In this document: piece after piece, positions 1 to 41,601 of the stretch
Layout of the letters: the number at the start of each line of letters is the position of its first letter
How positions within the stretch are numbered: the stretch's first letter is position 1
Assembly (NCBI GenBank): GCA_951406725.2
Contig: OX597817.1
Coordinates: 87,936,001 to 87,998,000 of the forward strand
Direction: 5' to 3'
Source of the DNA: Octopus vulgaris
Lineage: Eukaryota
Length of the DNA stretch: 62,000 bases
Notes under the pieces: model-generated
What the model saw: the letters and a program-made list of their open reading frames with translations, nothing else
What the model was told of the DNA's origin: nothing
Database searches by the model: none
Made by a program: the position numbers and the translations under genes

Positions 1-336
1 CACCTACACCCAGATATATCACTGCAAACAATAACTCTTTACTTGAATGGGTTATGGTACCCAAAAGATGACTGTAATATGAAACATCATTAAAATGTCT
101 TTTCTAGATGGTGCTATCAAGTTAGTCATAGCTTGAGCCAATTCTGGCCAAAACTTTTTTAAGTATCCAAGTACGTATATATATATACATAGGCACAGGA
201 GTGGCTTATAGGTGCAGGAGTGGTAAGTAGCTTGCTTACCAACCACATAGTTTTTGGGCAAGTGTCTTCTACTATAGCCTTGGGCTGACCAAAGCCTTGT
301 GAGTGGATTTGGTAGGTGGAAACTGAAAGAAGCCCG

Positions 337-338
<2 letters not shown>

Positions 339-385
<47 letters not shown>
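339..385. repeat. (TA)n microsatellite
   Basis: Direct read; similar tracts at 2610-2646, 12175-12250, 13372-13405 and 29820-29868. Confidence 0.95.
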
Positions 386-387
<2 letters not shown>

Positions 388-1299
388 AATAAATGAAAGA
401 ATGGAGTTGAACGATGAATTAACAAAATTCCTTTATTTTCGACATATGTTTCGAAGGCTGCATATTCCTAATTTTGAAGGAATAAGGGGTGCATTATGCC
501 GCCTTCTCATCAGGAAAAGCAAGGAACTTATGTCAGCATCAAGATGCACAAAAACTTTTAGATGACTGCCCACACAGAGCCCATAGCGATAATGAGTGTT
601 TCTTTAAAATATTCCGTTATAAGCAGTGACGTCAAAAATGGTTGAATGTAGAAGATTCTAGAAGGTTCAAGGTTGGAGGGGGTAGGCCTAAGAATAGGAA
701 GGTGATAGGGTGCAGGTCATATGAATGGTGATTTTGTTGTTTTCTTTTGTGAATGAATGCCTATGTTTGTGTATGTATATAACTGCATTAATGTCTGTGT
801 GTGTGTATGTGTGTGCGTGATTGTGTGTGTGGTTGGGTAGATGCCAAAAACAGACAGTGGTGAAGTGACAGGTTTGTGTCTGTATGTTTGATTGTGCTTA
901 CGATAAAGAGAGGGAAAGAGAGAGAGAGAGGAGGGGGAGGTAGAGAGACAAAGGTAAAACATACCTCAATGGATTGGGTAGTAGTCCTTTAAGAGTATAA
1001 AAATTGACTATGGGGGTGATATATAAATGGGATTATATTATTAAAATTCAAGGAGGTTATCTATATTAATCATTATTCATATGAGTGAAAGGTGTGTTTT
1101 TGCCAGTGCATGCACCTAAAGGTTTTCTCGACCATTGTATTTATTAAAGGAACTTTGGCGAACAATATATGGAAAAGTTCGGAATTACAGACGCCACAAA
1201 ATTTTCTGCCCTTATCAAATGGAAAGGATACCGACAATATGGACCATTCCAGCCTGAAAGTTGTATTGCTGTCCTTAAGACGCCAAACTAATTTACTTA
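383..1299 (-). mobile_element. Penelope-like retroelement 3' end (left arm), inverted copy
   Basis: Reverse complement of 1312-2229 with about a dozen substitutions and four small indels by eye; ORF 1073-1519(-) mirrors 1092-1538(+). Confidence 0.85.
428..526 (-). ncRNA. Type I hammerhead ribozyme (PLE-associated), mirror copy
   Basis: Minus strand reads TTCCTTGCTTTTC-CTGATGA-GAAGGC...GCCTTC-GAAAC-ATAT-GTC|GAAAATAAAGGAA; all core positions intact; predicted cut between plus-strand 441 and 440. Confidence 0.88.
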
Positions 1300-2376
1300 A
1301 CAGCACAGGACTAAGTAAATTAGTTTGGCGTCTTAAGGACAGCAATACAACTTTCAGGCTGGAATGGTCCATATTGTCGGTATCGTTTCCGTTTGATAAG
1401 GGCAGAAAATTTTGTGGCGTCTGTAATTCCGAACTTTTCCATATATTGTTCGCCAAAGTTCCTTTAATAAATACAATGGTCGAGAAATCCTTTAGGTGCA
1501 TGCACTGGCAAAAACACACCTTTCACTCATATGAATAATGATTAATATAGATAACCTCCTTGAATTTTAATAATATAATCCCATTTATATATCACCCCCA
1601 TAGTCAATTTTTATACTCTTAAAGGACTACTACCCAATCCATTGAGGTATGTTTTACCTCCCCCTCCTCTCTCTCTCTTTCCTTCTCTCTATCGTAAGCA
1701 CAATCAAACACACAGACACAAACCTGTCACTTCACCACTGTCTGTTTTTGGCATCTACCCAACCACACACACAATCACGCACACACATACACACACACAG
1801 ACATTAATGCAGTTATATACATACACACACATAGGCACTCATTCACAAAAGAAAACAACAAAATCACCATTCATATGACCTGCACCCTATCACTTTCCTA
1901 TTCTTAGGCCTACCTCCTCCAACCTTGTTTGAACCCTTGAACCTTCTAGAATCTTCTACATTCAACCATTTTTGACGTCACTGCTTATAACGGAATATTT
2001 TAAAGAAACACTCATTATCGCTATGGGCTCTGTGTGGGCAGTCATCTAAAAGTTTTTGTGCATCTTGATGCTGATATAAGTTCCTTGTTTTTCCTGATGA
2101 GAAGGCGGCATAATGCACCCCTTATTCCTTCGAAATTAGGAATATGCAGCCTTCGAAACATATGTCGAAAATAAAATAAAGGAATTTTGTTAATTCGTCG
2201 TTCAACTCCATTCTTTCATTTATTTGTATTTAAAAAAACACACAATTTTCCACACGAAAGCACGTGATCTCTGCCCTAGGCATGTAGCTTCAACCGTGTT
2301 TTTCTGACGTGAATTTGCTACCCAGGTATCGGTTAACCGAATTATCCATAATAAGATAATTCATTCAACTACTCTT
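1300..2376 (+). mobile_element. Penelope-like retroelement 3' end (right arm): GIY-YIG endonuclease C-terminus + pLTR with hammerhead ribozyme
   Basis: 1299-1538 reads NSTGLSKLVWRLKDSNTTFRLEWSIL...CGVCNSE...INTMVE...RCMHWQKH*, the typical tail of PLE GIY-YIG domains (T.LS..IW.LK...W.I...C..C..E...LN...E...C.H..K), followed by a UTR with a hammerhead at 2081-2184. Confidence 0.85.
2081..2184 (+). ncRNA. Type I hammerhead ribozyme (PLE-associated)
   Basis: TTTTC-CTGATGA(2094-2100)-GAAGGC...GCCTTC-GAAAC-ATAT-GTC(2164-2166)|GAAAA: complete catalytic core; stem I TTTTC/GAAAA, stem II GAAGGC/GCCTTC, minimal stem III with palindromic ACATATGT. Confidence 0.88.
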
Positions 2377-2601
2377 ATATATATATGTATGTATATGTTT
2401 GTGTGTTTCTGTTTGTCCTCTTAACATCGCTTGACAACTGATGCTGGTGTGTTTGCATCCTCGTCGGTTAACGGTTCAGCAAGAGAGACCAATAGAATAA
2501 GTACTGGGGTTGATTTGCTTGACTAAAGGTGGTGATCCAGCATGGCCACAGTCAAATGACTAAAACAAATAAAAGAAGTAAAGAATAAAAGAATATATGT
2601 A

Positions 2602-2649
<48 letters not shown>

Positions 2650-2960
2650 CATATATGTGTGTGTGTCTGTATCATGTAAAATGCTCTCATTCTGGTGCTA
2701 CGTAAACTCATCCAACATGCAAAATGCACCCAGTACACTTTGTAAAGTGGTTGGCATTAGGTAGGGCATCCAGCCATAGAAACCTTGCCAAAATAGACAA
2801 TTGGAGTCTGGATAACTCTCCAGTTGGCAGCTCCTATTTAACTATCCAACCCATGCCAGCATGGAAAACAGATGTTAAACAATGATGATGATATATATGA
2901 ACATATATAGCTGTAATTGAATGGAATGAACATTTACTCTCTCACCTCACTTATCTGTTC

Positions 2961-2994
<34 letters not shown>

Positions 2995-3355
2995 GGCATA
3001 GGAGTGGTGTGGTAGTAGCTTCCTTACCAACCTCATGGTTCCGGGTTCATTCCCACTGTGTGGCACCTTGGGCAAGTGTCTTCTACTATAGCCTCAGGCC
3101 GACCAAAGCCTTGAGTGGATTTCGTAGACGGAAACTGAAAGAAGCCCATCATATATATGTATATGTATGTGTGTGTGTATGTTTGTATATGGTGGTGTGT
3201 TTACATCCCCGTAACTTAGCTGTTCAGCAAAAGAGACAAATAGAATAAGTACTAGGCTTACAAAGAATAAGTCCTGAGGTCGATTTCTCGACTAAAGGTG
3301 GTGCTCCAGCATGGCCACAGTCAGATGACTGAAACAAGTAAAAGAGTAACGAGTA
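2995..3355 (+). mobile_element. SINE family A, full copy
   Basis: GGCATAGGAGTGG head with A/B-box-like motifs, internal TA/TG tract, AAAAGAGTAA tail; repeated throughout the window. Confidence 0.85.
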
Positions 3356-3844
3356 ATACACACACACACACACACACACACACTTTTCACCAGTTGTTAT
3401 TCTTAATAGTATCCAATCCCTTATGGAGCAAGTGTATATGTATTTTCAATTGGGTTGGTTGAAGCAAGCAGAGCTGTTAAAACTAAACTGGAATTTCAAG
3501 GTTGAACTTTTCACTTGAGGATTCAGATTTTTGTATTCTATAATAATTTTCATATTTGATAAGTGATTAGCTTTTCCTTGGTATTTGATTTAATAATTAA
3601 ATGCTTTGCTGATCAGTAAGATCATCGTTCACTGCATAAACTACCAGGAGACTCAAATCCTCTACTCCATTCACTGTCAAATCTCACCTCAACAAAAAAC
3701 ACTATTCTTAATTTTGTAAATTTTCCAAGCTATTAAACCCCATCATTCACAGTTTTATGTTCTGCACTATCAAAAGTACTTGGAGACAAAAATTGGTCCA
3801 GTCAGTGTGATGTGGAAAATGCTAAAACATCAAAGATAAAGTTC

Positions 3845-3995
3845 TTTTACTTTTTTTCTTTTTTTCTAACTTGTTTCAGTCATTGGACTGTCGCCATGCT
3901 GGGGCAACACTTTGGAGATTTTTGTTGATTAAATCAATCCCAGCGCTTAATGTTTAAGCCTGGTTCTTATTTTATCAGTCTCTTAGGTTGAACTG
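3845..3995 (-). mobile_element. SINE family A, 3' fragment
   Basis: CTTGTTTCAGTCATTGGACTGT..CCATGCTGG reverse-complement tail. Confidence 0.65.
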
Positions 3996-4123
3996 CTTAA
4001 TTACTAGGAGGAAAACGACCCAACAAAGGTTGTCAAGTAGTGTAGGTGGACAAACACACACACCTCACACATATCCATCCATGTATATATATATATGCTA
4101 GCATGGAAAACAGACGTTAAACG

Positions 4124-4149
4124 ATGATGATGATGATGATGATGATGAT

Positions 4150-4185
<36 letters not shown>
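4124..4185. repeat. Compound (GAT)n(AGT)n microsatellite
   Basis: RTE-type GAT tail followed by AGT repeats. Confidence 0.9.
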
Positions 4186-5449
4186 TTATGAACCTTTCGG
4201 AATGATAGACGACTGAGATATGTGGCACATTGCTGAACTTGAGAAGACCTGCCCGCCACAAGAGAATTGAAATTTGAAAACCAAGGTACCCAAATACCTC
4301 TCTCACTCTCTCTCTCCCTTCCCAAATACAAACTTACAAAAGTGTAAGCTGAATATCAACCACAGAAGACTAGGTGAGCTTGCTTCTCTTCCTTATGCAA
4401 AAAAATTATGTTTTTGAAAATAATCTAATCATGAACCTGGTTCCAACAGTTGATGTAAATGTCTGAATTTGAGGAATCACTAACTGTTGCATCATCAATG
4501 TTGTGATGTTAAATTGCTTAAAAAAGAATTTCATTGTGTCAGAAAAGTTATATCTAACAGATATTTTTTTTATCTTCAAAAACCATTCATACCAACATTT
4601 TCTTACATTTTTATTTTGTTGGAAATTTGTCTGTTGTAATGTAAAATTTTAAATAGCTAAGAAACTTCTCTTTCAATCATCAATGATCTAAAAATGGTGA
4701 AAAAACATAGTTAAGTGCAAGTAAAAAGAAATATGACAAAAGTTGTATAGCTAAATCTAGCCAAAGGGAAATTTATATTATTGTTCAGAAATATTACCAA
4801 ATGTAAAAAAGGAAAATATTTGCACCAACCATTCATAAAACACATTACAGACACCAATCTATTGTTAGTACTGAAAAAAATAAATGTGAAAATGTTGAGA
4901 AATTTGTCAGATGTAACATTTGTCAAAGAAGTCAATGCTTTAATACTTCTGAGACACACAACAATCCAGTTAAATATGGATATGTTTTCTCTTTATGCAT
5001 TTTTCATGAACTTGGCACTGTTTAATAATTGCTGGTTCAACTCCAACAAAATTTGAAGTCATGATTTAAAAACAGTTTTCTTAGCAGTCATCCAAAACAA
5101 TGTATTACATGACCATGAAAAAGGAAAACTCTGTTGCTGTTGCAGTTGTTGTTGTGTGCTGATGCCATTGTTTTTGCTGCTGCTGCTGCAGTTGTTTAAC
5201 CCCAAGTTAACCTTCATTGGGCAAACTTAGGACCACATGTATCCCAGCCATGAGCTCCCTATCTTTTTCTTGTCACAATGTACCCAAGATATCATTATCC
5301 AATCCTTAACACAATAGAATGTGACTTGAGGGACATATAGCTGCTATTTCATGCCGGTCAATCATAGAGGTTCTCTCATTGGCCCATTAAAAAAAAATCT
5401 GGTATTGGTTTGTTTTTTTTTCGCAGCTTGCCAACTATTTTTTTATTCT

Positions 5450-5660
5450 TTTCTTTTGCTCTTTTACTTGTTTCAGTCATTTGACTGCAACCATGCTGGA
5501 GCACCACCCTTGAAGGGTTATAGTTGAACAAATCGACCCCTGGACTTAATTCTTAATACTTATTCTATGTCTTGTTTTTGCTGAACTGCTAAGTTACAGG
5601 GATGTAGACACACCAACACTGGTTGTCAAGCAGTGATGGGAGGACAAACACAGACACAAA

Positions 5661-5703
<43 letters not shown>

Positions 5704-5840
5704 GATGGGTTTCTTTCAGTTTCTGTCTACCAAATCTAAGGCTATAGTAGAAGACACTTGCCCAAGGTTCCATGCAGTGGGACTGAACTCGGAACCATGT
5801 AGTTGAGAAGCAAGTTTCTTATTACACAGCCACACCTGCA
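5450..5840 (-). mobile_element. SINE family A, full copy
   Basis: Reverse complement of the family A consensus with internal (CA)n. Confidence 0.85.
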
Positions 5841-5989
5841 TCTTTCTTTTATCTTATTTTAATGATTTTTCAACCATATTGTTTTATGAATTTGGTATCT
5901 CATTTTTTAAGATTGAGAGGATTTATTCCAGAAGTTTGTATGCAACATTAGCAGTTTACAGATTTTTGAAAGATGTGAATGTCTCGTCA

Positions 5990-6580
5990 ATGTATGAATG
6001 TCTTCTCAATATGTGTCTCAATGTTAGTATATGGGTGTCTCATTATCAATGTATAAGTGGCTCAACATCAATATATAAATGTCTCATTGTCAAGATATGG
6101 GTGTCTAAATGTCAAGGCATAGGTTTCTCAGTTTCAAAATACGTTTCTTTATGAGCGTCTCAATACAAGAGTCTCTATGTCAATGTATATGAGTGTCTCA
6201 TTGTCAATATATGTGTCTCAATACATGAGTGTTTCATTGTCAATAAATGTCTTGTCAGAATATATGAGAGTCTTAGGCAGTGAGCTGGTTGGATCATTAG
6301 TGTGCCAGGCAAAATGCTTAGCAGCATTTTGTCCATTTTTACGTTCTGGGTCCAAATTCCACCAAGGTTGATTATGCCTTTCATCCTTTTGGAGTAGATA
6401 AAATAAGACCCCAGTTGAGCACTGGAGTCAATGTAATTAATGTAACCCTTCCCCCAAAGTTGCTGGCCTTGTGTCAGAATTTGAAACCAATATATATGAG
6501 AGTCTCATTATTAATATATGAGTGTCTCTTCAATGCATGAATGTCTCATTGCCAATATATATGAATGTTTTATTGTGGGT
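5990..6580. repeat. Degenerate ~22-bp minisatellite (GTGTCTCATTGTCAATATATGA-like) interrupted by SINE B
   Basis: Units at about 5990-6275 and 6490-6580. Confidence 0.75.
6276..6490 (+). mobile_element. tRNA-derived SINE family B (label mine)
   Basis: GGCAGTGAGCTGG head, GCCTTTCATCCTTT..GATAAA..AG(T)ACC core, GGCCTTGTG..AATTTGAAACCA tail; core resembles the Meta-type central domain (inference). Confidence 0.8.
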
Positions 6581-7970
6581 GTCCTGCTGTGAAGAGTTAT
6601 GTATGTAAACACATTCATAGAAACAGTATGAAGTTATTTCATTAATAACTCTATGACTGTGTGCAGTCAGTCAGAAAGGTTTTCATTAAGATAACCAACT
6701 GTACAGAAAGACACTCTAATATGAAACCTGTAAATGGTTGGCATCACTAATGTTCTGCTTCTATTACCGTTAAATGCTATTTCTTTCTCACAAACATCAT
6801 TTACATTCCGTACATTGTCTCTGTAATTGATAACAAATCACTGAGGTATTACAATGACTTCATTGTTTTATTACATGTGCAAAATTTTACAGAATGTTTA
6901 TCACCTTATAGAAACCAATGAACTGTCTTCTGAAATTCCAGCAGAGCAAAATAGCCATTACACTGGTAATAATCAATATTACAATGATCACCAGTAATAA
7001 TCAATATGATAATAGTGGTTTTCTTCACTAGTGACAGATGAGATTATTTTATTTATGGGCTAAATATTGGTGGAATAAATAATTAGATAAGCTACTGAAG
7101 AGCTGGCACACAGGTCAGTTATCTGTATTCTATAGTCATTATTGCATTGTATCTATGGTTAATTGCTTGTTCCACCTAACTCTATATATGGATCCAAATT
7201 TATACTTAGGACACCCCAACCCTTCAAATTTGCAGGCCCAATAAATCAAAAGAGGGCTCAGTTGTTTTAAAATTTTTTATTGGATTAAAAAAAATTTAAA
7301 CAAGTAAAAAAAATAATTTTTACAAATTATTTGTTTGGTTGCTGTAAATACATTTTTCAAATTTTTAATTCTAAGTTTTAGACTTCTCTGAGTTAGAGGT
7401 CCATGGCCCATATCAATCCATACTTAAATCTGGACCTGTGTATATATGATTACCAGAGACTGGTCATTATTAGCCTGGGGTAATTATACATACAGTTAGG
7501 TGGAGCAAGCAGCAGCATTGTAGAAATGCTTTTTGTTGTCTCTCTTGTATTTAAAACAATATGACCAGAACTAAGTAGCAACTGCCATGCAGTCTGGGGC
7601 TTCATGAAAGGACACAGGGTTGATGTTAGTACATGTATATGTTTGTATGCATCTATAAACATATGGTGTTGCTGTCGGTGTTGCTGTCAGTTCTCCTGTC
7701 AACAAATTATCTGCTCACTTCATGCCTTTGAAACCACATAGAATATAAGATTCCTTGCTTGAAAAACTGATAAAGTTAGTGACAGGAGAGGCATCTAGCT
7801 GTAAAACTGACATATTCATATAACCCATGCTAGTGTGGAAAAAGTGACATAAAAAAAAGAAGATAATGTGTATGTGTGTGTGCACACGTGCATGCATGTA
7901 TTTATGTACAGATATATCATAGCAAAGCTTCTAATTTTACTGCTGTCCTATCTTTTCTTTTCACTGCCAG

Positions 7971-38836
<30,866 letters not shown>

Positions 38837-39369
38837 TTTGACTTCGAATTGCAATGACAATTCAGAATGGTTCCTAAGTCATTTTAAATTATTCTATGGC
38901 CATTGTTTCAACTATGTCGGTCAGTGAAAACTCATTGGAAAGAAAAAGTTCAAAGAATAAAGGGCTGTACAGCTAAATACAGATTTATCATCATGTCAGT
39001 ATGATGATGATTTCTTTTCAGAAAGATCTCATGGAAATTATCTTTTTGTTTAATTTCTGACACTGATTGGCACAAGGCTGTACATTTTAGAGGAGGTGGT
39101 TTAGTCCATTGAAAAGATACCAATTCAATGTCTTTATGTTGTTTCATATACGTACATAGCATTTGGTGACATATTTTATCTCCAAATATTAGTGATGAGG
39201 TTAAAAACCACCCCTCTAAATCTTTTCATGAATTCTAACAAATAATTTAATTTAAGCTTATATAAAGTGATGACTGAAAGAAATATTTATGATAGTATAT
39301 GTATTTGGAATTTTGGGGTTAGTGCTCTTAACATTCTGAACTGAAATCCCTCCAAATTGTGTGAATTGG

Positions 39370-39800
39370 CAGATCTTCTTCTACAACACGGCATGTTGCT
39401 AATTATCATGGTCCTTTCTCATTTCCTTTGTGAAATCCAATATCTCGCATTCCATCCACTTTCAATGCTTTGCACTTCTTTATATGACTGTCATTCTTTA
39501 TATGTCCATTCTCTTTGTCTTTTCTCATACTCTGCATCAGATTCCTTTTGTATCCAGTTTTTCTCTCTGTGTACTTCAATTCTGTCATTCATGTACACCA
39601 AAATTACACATCCAGCAGAGCATACTCACTTCAGTTCTTTCTAGTCTTCATAAATCTTCTGCATTCAAAACCCACAGCTTGTTTCCATGCAACATTGCTT
39701 TCGTACACAATCATCTTACAATCTGCTCTTTGTTCTAACAGAGAAGTTCTTTGTTATCAGCAGAGATTATAGCTCCTGAGAATGACAGGCAGAGTCTACA
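39370..39800 (-). mobile_element. Degenerate RTE fragment (family of 57356 element)
   Basis: Minus strand: AMLHGNKLWVLNAEDL.RLERTEVSMLCWMC, colinear with the 57800 region. Confidence 0.72.
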
Positions 39801-39899
39801 TACTTCAGTAGGAATCTGAACTGAGATTGTAAAGGGACAGGATGTTTAATCTAACACTTTACCATTTCTGCCATTCTACCTACCTAATACTCCTAATAA

Positions 39900-41568
39900 T
39901 AGACACAAGGCCATAAATTTGCAGGGAGGAGTTAGTTGACTGAATCAACTCCAGAATTTGACTAGTACTTTATTTATTAACTCCAGAAGGATAAATGGCA
40001 AAACTGACTTTGGCAGGATTTGAACTCAAAATGTAAAGAGCTGGAAAAAATGTTGCAAGGCATTTTATATGACATAGTAACGATTCTGCCAATCTACTAC
40101 CCTGGCATTTATAATAATATTTCAAATTTTGGCACAATGCCAGCAATTTTAGGGGAAGAGCAAATCAATTACATCAACCCTAGCACTTGACTGGTATTAG
40201 ATTTTAATGACCCCAAAAGGATGAAAGGCAAATTTGACTTAAGAAGAATTTGAAATCAGAACATAAAAAACCCAAAGAAGCATTTTGTCTGATGCTGTAA
40301 AGGGTTATGCCAGCTTGCCACCTTAGTAATAATAATAATCTTTTCTAGAATAGGCACAGGGCTGAAATTTTGTGAGAAGGAGCTAGTTGATTGCATCAAC
40401 CCTAGTGCATAACTAGTATGTATTTTACTGACCCCAAAAGGATAAAAGGCAAAGTCGACCTTGGCAGAATTTGAACTCAAAACATAAAGCTGGAAGAAAT
40501 GCCATGAAGCATTTTCTTCAACATGCTAATGATTCAGCCAACTTGCTACCTTAGTAATAATAATAATTAATTCTTTTATTAGCCACAATGGCTCACATAC
40601 ACTAACTTTAAATGACATGACATAAACATAAAAGACAACACAAGACAAGACAAAGGGTTTTACAGCATGTAAACAATTTATAACAATAAAAAATTAAATT
40701 AAAACTCCCATAGGGGAGGCGCTTTAAAGGTCCTCGTGGAAAAACCCACAAAAGCCATGGGTTCCTGAACAACAGGGCAAGAGCCCTTCTCCTTTAATTT
40801 ACAGGTGCACGCTTAGAATTGGTCCTTTCACACTGGTCATTCTTCCAACATTCACCCACCTTTCAACAAACTTGCTGGAAGGCAACACTTCCTTCTCCAC
40901 CCTCACTTTCCTCTTCAAGTGAAACTTGAAGAAGTTGATGAGGGCTTGGCCAAAGAGGAAAGTGTCTGTCTTTAGCCCTTTCAAATGGGTCCGCCACACT
41001 ACCTCTTTTGCTACAGCCACTACACAAATAAAAATTGTCTGCCCTTCTCAGCCAAAAGAGGGCAACAGGGCAACCTTCACAATGGATTCAGCCAATAGCT
41101 GCATTCATCCTACACGCGGCAGCAGGTGTTCAGTATAAGCCCACAGGTCAGCAATACTCAGGCACTGGGCGAGGGCATGCAGAACAGTTTCATCACCCTG
41201 CACACACCTCCGGCAGGCTCAGCTGATAGCACTTCCCTGCCTGTAAAGTTTATCTCAAACAGGCAGCACCCCTTGATAGAACTGCCAGGCAAGGGATTTC
41301 TGGAAGTTATCCATAGGCCCAGGTATGAAAGTTCTCTGAAACAGACTGGTTAATTAATTTTCATAGACGTCCAGAGTTTCCCCAAGTACGTCATCGCACT
41401 TTCCCTCCAGGATGAAAGGGTAAGAAGATTACATCAACCTCAGTGCACAACTGGTACTTATTTCATTGACCCTAAAAGGATGAAATACAAAGCTGACCTC
41501 AGTAGAATTCGAACTCAGAATCTAAGCATTTTTGTCTGATGCTGTAATGACTCTGCCAGCTCAATGCC

Positions 41569-41601
<33 letters not shown>

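Larger units (their letters stand above)
190..2590 (+). mobile_element. tRNA-derived SINE family A (label mine) split by the PLE insertion: head 190-340, tail 2376-2590
   Basis: Head and tail match the intact copies at 2995-3355 and 46056-46437, where they are separated only by a TA/TG microsatellite. Confidence 0.8.

Noticed and set aside
1073-1538. Two near-identical 148-aa ORFs on opposite strands as a real gene pair
   Set aside because: They arise from the palindrome. Only the part from about 1299 outward is element coding sequence; the N-terminal half is antisense read-through of the other arm.
383-2229. Palindrome as a fold-back sequencing or assembly artefact
   Set aside because: The arms differ by transition-biased substitutions and microhomology-flanked indels, and one arm has a unique extension. 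Considered unlikely, but long reads are needed to exclude it.
6893-6965. Possible upstream TBC1D32 exon (NVYHLIETNELSSEIPAEQNSHYT)
   Set aside because: AG/GT ends and weak similarity, but it ends in phase 1 while the next exon starts in phase 0. No bridging exon found.
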